DNA of 62,931 nt, the filler included, from Octopus bimaculoides (lineage: Eukaryota), in NCBI RefSeq assembly GCF_001194135.2. It is 7 parts of 5 records of this genome, joined end to end, with 100 filler letters (N's around TTAATTAATTAA, not from the genome) between each part and the next. Parts side by side here need not be neighbours in the genome. Positions count along the whole stretch, not along the records: positions 23,889 to 36,292 come from NC_068991.1; positions 36,393 to 56,639 come from NC_068991.1; 5 more parts are not named here. One strand, written 5' to 3'. Numbering within the stretch: the stretch's first letter is position 1; the number at the start of each line of letters is the position of its first letter. Below, in pieces: positions 26,420-36,800 of the stretch. The notes below the pieces were generated by a model. That model saw nothing but the letters and a program-made list of their open reading frames with translations. It did not search any database and was not told the DNA's origin. The position numbers were made by a program, and so were the translations under genes.

Positions 26420-27291
26420 NNNNNNNNNNNNNNNNNNNNNNNNNNNNNNNNNNNNNNNNNNNNNNNNNNNNNNNNNNNNNNNNNNNNNNNNNNNNNNNNN
26501 NNNNNNNNNNNNNNNNNNNNNNNNNNNNNNNNNNNNNNNNNNNNNNNNNNNNNNNNNNNNNNNNNNNNNNNNNNNNNNNNNNNNNNNNNNNNNNNNNNNN
26601 NNNNNNNNNNNNNNNNNNNNNNNNNNNNNNNNNNNNNNNNNNNNNNNNNNNNNNNNNNNNNNNNNNNNNNNNNNNNNNNNNNNNNNNNNNNNNNNNNNNN
26701 NNNNNNNNNNNNNNNNNNNNNNNNNNNNNNNNNNNNNNNNNNNNNNNNNNNNNNNNNNNNNNNNNNNNNNNNNNNNNNNNNNNNNNNNNNNNNNNNNNNN
26801 NNNNNNNNNNNNNNNNNNNNNNNNNNNNNNNNNNNNNNNNNNNNNNNNNNNNNNNNNNNNNNNNNNNNNNNNNNNNNNNNNNNNNNNNNNNNNNNNNNNN
26901 NNNNNNNNNNNNNNNNNNNNNNNNNNNNNNNNNNNNNNNNNNNNNNNNNNNNNNNNNNNNNNNNNNNNNNNNNNNNNNNNNNNNNNNNNNNNNNNNNNNN
27001 NNNNNNNNNNNNNNNNNNNNNNNNNNNNNNNNNNNNNNNNNNNNNNNNNNNNNNNNNNNNNNNNNNNNNNNNNNNNNNNNNNNNNNNNNNNNNNNNNNNN
27101 NNNNNNNNNNNNNNNNNNNNNNNNNNNNNNNNNNNNNNNNNNNNNNNNNNNNNNNNNNNNNNNNNNNNNNNNNNNNNNNNNNNNNNNNNNNNNNNNNNNN
27201 NNNNNNNNNNNNNNNNNNNTATATAAATTGACATAATGTGATAAAAAAATCCAAGGCTGTAAATAGCTTTCAGAACATTTATAAAGAAAAA

Positions 27292-27339
27292 GTCTTACAG
27301 CTGTTTCCGGGATATTTTATATATCCCTTCATCAGAGAC
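27292..27339 (-). ncRNA. Minimal type I hammerhead ribozyme (Penelope-type), canonical core
   Basis: Minus strand reads GTCT-CTGATGA-A-GGGATAT-ataaa-ATATCCC-G-GAAAC-AGCT-GTA-AGAC: stem I GUCU/AGAC, 7-bp stem II, palindromic stem III ACAGCUGU, GUA cleavage triplet. Confidence 0.82.
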
Positions 27340-28194
27340 GGTGCGAGAAAATGTTTGAGTATTAATTATTGTAGAGAAGATATGAAATACAGAGGGAAGT
27401 AAGAGAATGAAAATAGAAGTGAGATACACAAGGATATTGTATTTGCAGTTGCATTATTCAACTAGAATGGTCATTTCAAGTATAGAGCCTTGTAAAACGT
27501 GTTTTCCATTCAGGGTTTTTTAGTGTGAATTAAAATTTAGGAATGTGTTTGTAATATTAATGGATCAAATCAAAAACAGGAAGAGAATGGGAGGAAAAAG
27601 AAAAAAGAAAAAGGGAGGGAGACAAAAAGAAATGAAGAAAGAAGTAACGAAATGAAATGAGAGAGGGTGTATTCAGTAGTGGTCATGATAAAGTGATAGG
27701 AGGAAGAGAGGGATGAGGAGGAGAGAGACAAGAAACGAGAAAGTAAGTAGTAAAAGAGTGTGAGGTATGTGAGCAGGGGTGGTGTGATAGAGCTGCATTA
27801 AGGGATGGGTATTGAAAAGGTAGAGCGAAGGTAAGGGTAGGGTGATGTGTAAGTGGGTATTAGTTTTGGTAGTAAAAATTGAAGTGGAATGAAGAATATA
27901 AAGAATGAATATAAAACAAGTTGCTATAAATAGACATGTGCGATAGGTTAGTGAAAAGTAGGAAAAGAAAGACGGAATGCATATCTGTGAATATGTATAC
28001 ACACATACGTACCCACACATATATAGACATACACATACTTCAACACATACATACGCATACAAACTCATCTATGTTCGCACGCATTCACACATATACACAC
28101 TCATTTGTATCTATTTTTGTATATATAAACTTTTGTATATATAAATGCATGCATGCAAACGCACACACACGCGCATAATCATATGCATGTGTAT

Positions 28195-28225
<31 letters not shown>

Positions 28226-28829
28226 TACACAAACATACACACAGAGGCACGTATGTGTACATATATATATTATATATTTACATATATATATATAAATGCA
28301 TATATATATATATATATATATANNNNNNNNNNNNNNNNNNNNNNNNNNNNNNNNNNNNNNNNNNNNNNNNNNNNNNNNNNNNNNNNNNNNNNNNNNNNNN
28401 NNNNNNNNNNNNNNNNNNNNNNNNNNNNNNNNNNNNNNNNNNNNNNNNNNNNNNNNNNNNNNNNNNNNNNNNNNNNNNNNNNNNNNNNNNNNNNNNNNNN
28501 NNNNNNNNNNNNNNNNNNNNNNNNNNNNNNNNNNNNNNNNNNNNNNNNNNNNNNNNNNNNNNNNNNNNNNNNNNNNNNNNNNNNNNNNNNNNNNNNNNNN
28601 NNNNNNNNNNNNNNNNNNNNNNNNNNNNNNNNNNNNNNNNNNNNNNNNNNNNNNNNNNNNNNNNNNNNNNNNNNNNNNNNNNNNNNNNNNNNNNNNNNNN
28701 NNNNNNNNNNNNNNNNNNNNNNNNNNNNNNNNNNNNNNNNNNNNNNNNNNNNNNNNNNNNNNNNNNNNNNNNNNNNNNNNNNNNNNNNNNNGGGGGGGGG
28801 GTTAGATAAGGATTAGTATTTAAAATAGA

Positions 28830-30640
28830 GATTCATAAGGTTGTTGGGGATTACCTACGGGGTATTGCGGAAATATACTGTGTGGTTATCTAGGCATTTA
28901 GATTTGTGATAGAATTTGAAGATATGAAAAAAGCAGTGGTTGCATGTGCTTAGGGCTGCATTATGTTTATTTAGTAGTGTTGAAGAGTTATGCTTTAATA
29001 ACTGGCGTGCCTCCTTCAGGCAAAGCTTGCTGGTTGAGCGTTGACCTCGGTAAGAAAGCCATGAATCTAATATGGACCATGACAAAGTATAGGGTATATT
29101 TGTATTTTTGAGGTGATGTATGTGACCGGCGAATGTTATAGATTTACTATGTTTATCGTATCAAAAAAATGGAGGTGAGCTGCATATCGTTGTTTAAAAT
29201 TTATGGTTGATCCTATATATGTGTGGCTTTAGAGTTGTGTAATGTCTTAAGGACAGTGCATTTATAAATTACATTATATCTTTTACAATGGGTTTGTAAA
29301 GAGCAGACGGCCCCAGGACGGCAGTTACAAGTGGATGAATTTTGGAGATTGTTTTCAGGAATGGAGGAGGTAATATTGTCAGAGGAGAGGTTAGAGATGG
29401 GAGTAGGAAGATCCAAGCTATTGGTATTATTAATGTTATTATTACTATTATTGTTATTATTACTATTGTTGTTATTAATTGTACTATTTGTAAGAATGCT
29501 AGAAACAGTGGTAGTGTTCCGGGTAGTGCTAATGGTATGGGTTGGTTTGTGGTTGTGGTCTAATGTAAGGATCTCCGTGCTGGAGCTGTGTGAATGTTGA
29601 GCGTTCGAGTATCTAGATTTGTAACTATGTGAGTTTTGATATTAGAGAGAAAGCATTTGTTTATTAGAGGCTGCTATGACAGATTCGAATTTGGGTGGGG
29701 CAGAATGGGATAATTTTAGGGTGCATCTACTAAAAGTAGAATAATATTTATGTTGACGAGGTAAGTTGGAGTCCAGTGTTTTAAAGAAGGATTTAGCTAA
29801 GTTCTTAACGTTAAGTGAGAAGGTGTGTGTGTATCACAAAACAGAGTATCCACCACTTTTTTAAGTTGTTTAGGTGTAGTGCTATCTACATTTTTGGAGA
29901 ATGGACGTGGGTAGCAAGGCCTGTTGTTGTTAGCTGTTTTAACTGTTTCAGGTTTTGACCTCGTGTTAAATGTATACGTGCGGGGGCCAGGTTGTCTAGG
30001 TGCGAAATCTTCTGGAATTCTATCAAAGTGTATATGTGGTCGGTTATGATTCTGAGGGCTGGTGTTTTTGCGATGTGATTTGAGATATATATTGTTTGAG
30101 CCTGGTGTTATGGATGTATTTTATTTGTTAGGAGAGGCTGCTAGCGGCGAGTGTTTGATTGTAAAATGGTGCGTGGTTATTGAAAATTGCCTCAGTGGAA
30201 GAGAAGTCGTATACCCGGGTCGAGATACCCTTGATTATGCTATCAAAAGTGGATTTGTGGTGATTAAAATGAATGTTTAGGTATTTAAGATATTGGTTAG
30301 GTTTGTTGTAAGAGAGTTTTGGAAGGTTGTTAATTTAGAGTTACGTCTAAAAAGTTAGAAGTTTTGTGAGAATTTTCGAATGTGATAGACAGGTTTAGGT
30401 TAGAAAAGAATTTGTGTAGATCCTTTCTAGTTCTTTCTAAGGAGGATTGATTTATGCTTTCAGTAACTAGCAAGGCGTCATCCCTGTAGAGCCCCCCCCC
30501 CTTGATGTTAGGGAAATGTATTTGGAGCTGGTGGAGTATGTATAGTCCACCTAGGTTAGTGACCTGGGTGGAATCAGATGATCCCATGGTAATGTCAAAT
30601 AAGTTGCTATCGTTATTTTATGGTAATTGGCTCGGCACCA
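28830..30640 (-). mobile_element. Penelope-like element (RT plus GIY-YIG) pseudogene
   Basis: DITMGSSDSTQV..L.GLYIL, GGLYRDDAL, FLDVTLN, then CNCR...C.L...C...NVIYKC and the endonuclease C-terminus, with stops and frameshifts. Confidence 0.9.
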
Positions 30641-30790
30641 GACTTTGTCCTGAAAAGAAATAAGGGTTTTGCAGGCATTAAGGATTATGTTAAATTCTAG
30701 TCGGAAAAAGCAGCAAAAATATCACAAAAACTGTAACTCAAAGCTTCACGTTCCCGTTCGTCGGACAGTTTTGTTTAGAATACACACACA

Positions 30791-30861
<71 letters not shown>

Positions 30862-30863
<2 letters not shown>

Positions 30864-31025
30864 GACGGGCTTCTTCCAGTTTCCGTCTACGAAATCCACC
30901 CACAAAGCGTTGATCGGCCCGAGGCTATAGTAGAAGACACCTGCCCAAGATGCCACGCAGTGGGACTGAACCTGGAATCATGTGGTTGGGAAGCAGGCTT
31001 CTTACCACACAGCCAAGCCTGCGCC
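30862..31025 (-). mobile_element. SINE family A, 5' half, ending in (TA)n(TG)n (30781-30861)
   Basis: Reverse complement of the head and central domain of the 22813 copy. Confidence 0.88.
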
Positions 31026-31443
31026 TAATCAGTATAAATGTATATAAATGGATGCGACAATATATTCATATATTGGTCTCAATAGAGTGAATTTCGTATC
31101 CTGCTCCAGGCCCTTTTGGCCATTACAGCATGCCTCATGAAAAGATATATTCAAAGACTTAACTTTGTTCTACACTGTCTCATACAGAACCTTCCCAAAA
31201 ATTACGTTAGCGGTTCACACGTCTGTGGAATACTCGGTCATTCTTAGCTTAATTCAGGAGCACGTAATTCATTCGATCGAGCACATTAATATACATCCTC
31301 AAAACCAACGGAGAACTACATACATACATACATACATACATACATACATACATACATACATACATACATACATACATACATACATACGTGTCACTAAAGA
31401 ATATTACAGCCGAATAAAGAAAATGTGGACTTCAGAACTCTGC

Positions 31444-31511
<68 letters not shown>

Positions 31512-31555
31512 GGTATATAAAATTCTTTCAAATTTCTCTCGATCCTACTTTGCAG

Positions 31556-31764
31556 CCATGACTCCAGAATACAGATGCAACAATCTGACAGACTTTCAGC
31601 TCAATCAATACAACATTTCGATCAATGAAGTCAGTCTCATATATGATAAATGCTCCATATACATCATGAATACCGATGGAGGGGTTACTACCGAGAATCG
31701 AACTCTAGACTGCCTGAATGGTTATTACTATACAACACCAGTTGATAAGTCTATAGTGTCACAG
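31556..31764 (+). CDS. SLC22-like transporter exon (large extracellular loop)
   Basis: Acceptor TTTGCAG|, donor CAG|GTAAGT. Encodes (A)MTPEYRCNNLT...YDKCSI...LDCLNGYYY...KSIVSQ with loop cysteines and N-glycosylation sequons NLT, NIS and NRT. Phase 1 in, phase 0 out. Confidence 0.88.
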
Positions 31765-32269
31765 GTAAGTTGAGTTCTGTTACTGTATCAAACTATTGTT
31801 TAGCAGGTTCGTCTCAGTTTTAGGTAATCTCTGTTTTGTTTGTAGGAAAGTCCTAGACATCATAACTTTCTAGAACATAACATTAACACATGATCTAAAA
31901 TCATAAAATTTAGTATCTCTCCATCGTATGTTAAGGAATCAATAATTTAGTTGTTAGTTATTAAATAAATAGATGGATAAATTTATGGAGTAATTTATAA
32001 CATTTATTTTCTAAAGATTATCTAGATTTGTTTTTGTGAATGTTTTTCATTTTTTTCCTCGCATTTGTACCGTTTTATTTACAGTTATTTTCAATGCACT
32101 TTTATGCGTTAAAAAATAATAGTAGACAACATGACACATTATTGACAGAAGACAAAAAATACGAGCTCTGCAGTCAGTTACAAAATAAAATTACTCATTA
32201 AAAAAGACACAGTAAGATTACTGTTGAAGCTAAAAAGATACAAAACGAAAGAGAAATGAAAAACCTTTT

Positions 32270-33722
32270 ATTAAAAAAAAACAAAAATTAAAAAAACGAT
32301 TTCAAAAGAAAGGTTATGTGCTATTTCATGAATATAACCACAGATATCTGTACTGCTGAAATTTTCCACTAGTCTTTCTATACGTTTCGCAGTATCACGG
32401 TAGCACTTTTTTGTAGTTCCAGGGTCCCTCCCAGAGAGATATTCTTCTATTTGAGCATCATAAAAATGTTGCTCCTTGTTAAAACAATCAATAAATTTCC
32501 ATATATTTAGATGGTGAGCAGCTTCTTGGACCTGGAAAGCCCTATGCCATCCTTCCACTACATTATTTGTTTTGGGTAAATTTTGCAAAGCCGCATCATA
32601 AGCATTCCATATTTCCTGAGCAAAGGTAGGAGGCCTTCGCATATTTCTCCGTCCAGGGCGGCCGATCCATGTGTCCTCAAAATAACCTATTACATATTGA
32701 GCTTTGCCAGTAAAAATATTATCATCGCATAATGTCTCAAATGCCTCGGTCACTTTTTCAACTGAAATAAATACTATGGCTGACAACATCCGAAGCCTCA
32801 AAACAAATTCAGAATTTGTTTCATATAATCTCTGGAGACCATTTCTCTGAACTGAACGGAATACAGTTTGACGGAAGTGAAAAAAAAACACCTCTTGAAT
32901 TTTACATTTGGAAATTCCTTAAGGAATACATTCTGCATAGCCTTTTCGAAGTCTATCGTTACAGTTGAAGGTGCACAGGATGGCTCTAATTTTTTTATTT
33001 TCTGTAGAAGCTGATTATAGGTTTCCTTAGATTTGTTGGGTAGTAATGCAAACACCAGCGGCACTGAAGCTTTTTCTCTTAAACCATGCAAAGTATACAG
33101 CTGGTGAAACAACAATGGAACTGTATTAAATGTACCATCGGCAAACCATTGATTATTTTGTGAAAGTAAGTGAAGCTTGCGTTTAGTAGCAAAAATTAGT
33201 ATGCGTTTATCACTTTGACCTGAACCATATAATAAGAATGTCTCACCTTTAAGGGATTTTATGTATTGATCCTGAAAAATTAATTCATTGCAGGTCTTTG
33301 GTAAGGCTAGAACTGCATTATTTTGTTGCCTCATAAAATGTACTGTCCTTTTAAGACTTTGCGCTAACGGGATTCTAGACACAGCAGCCTTACTACGACC
33401 TTTGAAGGTGCTAGATATTATTGATTGTAGTATATAATTAGTGGTTCACGCTAACAGTTTCTGTAGCTTCAGCTTCCGTAGCATCTATTGTAGCATCTAT
33501 TGTAGTTTCAACTTTCGTAGCATCTATGGTATGACTGAGTTCATTTACAAAACTAGTTATTTCTTCCTCTAATGTAGTTACACGATCACAGCACTAATAT
33601 TTGCGATATTTATCACATTTCCAGTTAGTCTTGGCTTTAGTCTTTCTATTTTATAGAACAAATAACCACCATGAACTAATTTTCTTTCGTTGTTTCTCTG
33701 TTTCTATATCTTGAAGAACCAT
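32270..33722 (-). mobile_element. MULE (Mutator-like) transposase with N-terminal FLYWCH domain, antisense in an SLC22 intron
   Basis: HGGYLFY..., TNWKCDKY...C..RV...HT (FLYWCH), then WFADGTF, TIDFEKA, CFF/HF and TNNVVEGWH. Frameshift at the A-run near 32880 and disablements in the 5' third. Confidence 0.92.
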
Positions 33723-34084
33723 TGTATGGGCTCCAGAGTACTGCAATTTTAACAAGTTTTCTCATGGAATTACAAAAAAAAAGAACCTGAGAATTTTGAA
33801 ATTGAAAGGTGCTGTTATAGATACATATTGTTCTCTTTAGGAAAAACAAATTGTCATGTAGTGGTAGTTAGGTCATTAAAAAAAACGAAGTTTATAAGTG
33901 CTCGTTTAATGCTAACATGTCTTCGTATCTCTAGTTTTATCTGTCAAATAAATTATTGTAGATGAATTGTTGCAGACGAATCGTTGTAGACAAATTCAAT
34001 TGTAACCACGACGACATACAGACAATATTTGAATTCTCTAGAGTAATCAATGCCTTTGACTATAAAGTATGTTTATTTTCACAG

Positions 34085-34315
34085 TGGGACCTGGTTTGTG
34101 ATAGACTAGGACTGGCGGAATTAACTCAAACGTTTTACAATTTGGGTCAAGTGCTTAGCGGTCTGCTAACAACATGTTTGATTGAAAAGTTCGGGCGAAA
34201 ACCTCTCAGAGTATCGAGTCACATCTTGCTGTTAGTCTTCAATTTAATTGCAGCATATTCTCCGTCGTTTTGGGTGTTTACTGCAATGAAACTTTTGACT
34301 GGAGGAGTTCGTGAG
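34085..34315 (+). CDS. SLC22-like transporter exon (WDLVCD, TM2-TM4)
   Basis: Acceptor TTTTCACAG|, donor GAG|GTAAT, 231 nt. Encodes WDLVCDR...EKFGRKP...AAYSPSFWVF; in frame with both neighbouring exons. Confidence 0.93.
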
Positions 34316-34376
34316 GTAATGCTTTTATGCACATTTTTACACACACTCACACACACACACACGCACCCCTCCTCAC

Positions 34377-34469
<93 letters not shown>

Positions 34470-34480
34470 NNNNNNNNNNN

Positions 34481-34516
<36 letters not shown>

Positions 34517-34880
34517 CGATTTAAATGAGAGCTCAAAACTGATCCATTGAAAATACTTTATTATAATAATGAAAATGACCTATGAACATTTCGATGCAAT
34601 ATCCAGATTGATTCATGCGTGTTATAAAATATGGGATACTGCATCTCCTCAGGGCCTTATTATTAGTAGCAGGCAGATAATAAAAATAGATAACATTCAT
34701 ATACAACATTCATAGTTGACCTATGAAAACATGCAAAAAAACAAGTTGAAAAGACATGAGATGTTATACAACCGTACATCATAATGGTGTTGAAATCATG
34801 AACATATCAAGCAAATGATTCAAATTAATGAGCTAGGCTACAATATTTTTGCCTAATTTTTAGTATAAAAATATATATAA

Positions 34881-34912
<32 letters not shown>

Positions 34913-34922
34913 NNNNNNNNNN

Positions 34923-34961
<39 letters not shown>

Positions 34962-35310
34962 ATCCCATTTGTGTGTGTCGGCTACGTCCTAGCAGACATA
35001 AGAAAAATTAAGAGCTTTAAAAATTTTAATTCCTTTCATAAGTACGAAGTAATTTATAAACATTAGTGAAGTGTTATCTACGAAAGAAAGGTAGACTTCA
35101 AACATTGCGATGCCAGCAAGTATGCATTTTGCACCAACAATGAATATGAGGGTTTTTCTCGTAGTAACTTGTGCAGTATAATTTGTTCTAACTGAACATC
35201 CACGTTTAAGTGGGGATAAATATTACCTCTTAATACTTATTGTCGGAGAAGTCATATCAACTATCTGCAATATTTTATCGTCATTCAATGTCCTTTTCTT
35301 CTCTTTTCAG

Positions 35311-35513
35311 ATATACTTTCTTAGCTCTGTTGCTTTGGTATGCGAACTATACCCGAAGGAAAAACGTATCATTATGTCTGGTATATTTATGTGTTCTTGG
35401 GGATTATATAATACTACACTCGGTTTGATAGCCTACTTGTTGAAGGATTACGGTTGGAATACGTTATTTTTGTTTAATGTTGTCATCTCGGGATATTTCC
35501 TAGTGGATTACTT
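35311..35513 (+). CDS. SLC22-like transporter exon (TM4-TM6)
   Basis: Pyrimidine-rich acceptor TTTTCAG|, donor TT|GTAAGT. Encodes IYFLSSVALVCELYPKEKR...LIAYLLKDYGW, matching the E(L)FP..R and AY....W motifs. Phase 2 out. Confidence 0.9.
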
Positions 35514-35722
35514 GTAAGTACCATTTTTTACACGTTACACACACACACACACACATCTATAAAGATCAGAACTTAACTGCAGCTCTTGGTGATCCAAATC
35601 GGATATGCAATCTATGTGGGTGTCTTTTCAAAACATTGGTCTAAAAAGCCACATCAGATGCTATGATGGTTCTAAGGTGTGGATACAGGGAGTGATCAAA
35701 CTCTGCATAAGGAGTAGACAAC

Positions 35723-35758
<36 letters not shown>

Positions 35759-35760
<2 letters not shown>

Positions 35761-35805
35761 TAGCAGAGATACCCGGCCTGGCTCGGGAATAAAATGGCAT
35801 AGATT
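35759..35805 (+). mobile_element. Possible Helitron/Helentron-like terminus
   Basis: TA-embedded ACTAGCAG start with a CCCGG..TCGGG hairpin, cut off by the adjacent SINE. Confidence 0.3.
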
Positions 35806-35811
35806 TTTATT

Positions 35812-36115
35812 GCTTTACTTGTTTCAGTCATGTGACTGCGGCCATGCTGGAGCACCGCCGTTGGTAGAAGAAGTCAACCACAGGATTTATTCTTTGTAAG
35901 CCTAGTACTCATTCTGTCAGTGTTTTTTTTACCAAACCGCTAAGTTACAGGAATGTAAACACAGCAACATCAGTTGTCAAGCAATGGTGGGGGTATAAAC
36001 ACAAGACACAAGCATATACATACACAAATACACACATATATACGACAGTATTCTTTCAGTTTCCGAGTACGAAATCCATGCACAAGGTTTTGGTCGGCCT
36101 GAGGCTATAATAAGC
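35812..36115 (-). mobile_element. SINE family A with decayed internal microsatellite
   Basis: Tail at 35812-36000, CA-rich spacer at about 36000-36040, central domain at 36041-36115. Confidence 0.85.
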
Positions 36116-36121
36116 GTCTTT

Positions 36122-36160
<39 letters not shown>

Positions 36161-36579
36161 AATATATATATACATATATATATAATAATTTTCCCAGAGG
36201 ATGTAGCAACCGTTACCAATATAGCATAAGAACTTACCTTAGGAAATCATTAACTAGATTCCTTAAGGGTCGTTCTCACAGTTTATATTTATNNNNNNNN
36301 NNNNNNNNNNNNNNNNNNNNNNNNNNNNNNNNNNNNTTAATTAATTAANNNNNNNNNNNNNNNNNNNNNNNNNNNNNNNNNNNNNNNNNNNNATATACAT
36401 ACACATAGGTATGTCATGAAAACAGGAAAAAGAGAACACAAAATAGAAGTATATATATACTTTTATTAATATTTAGCAGAAGTATCAGAGTGATTCAAGA
36501 TCCAAGAGTTTCGATGCCAACGCACGAAGCTCTCGGACCCTTGAGTCTCTGTGTTACTCTTCTGCTACATATTAATACA

Positions 36580-36613
<34 letters not shown>

Positions 36614-36719
36614 CGTACGTACGTATGTATGTATGTATGTATGTATGTATGTNNNNNNNNNNTATATACACACTCATACATCTATATTGTATAGATATAG
36701 ATAGATATATTATATACAG

Positions 36720-36800
36720 AGTGGCTGTGTGGTAAGAAGCTTGCTTACCAACCACATGGTTCCGGGTTCAGTCCTACTGCGTGGCACCTTGGACAAGTGG
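36720..36800 (+). mobile_element. SINE family A head fragment
   Basis: GTGGCTGTGTGGTAAGAAGCTTGCTT.CCAACCACATGGTTCCGGGTTCAGTCC.ACTGCGTGGCACCTTGG. Confidence 0.85.
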
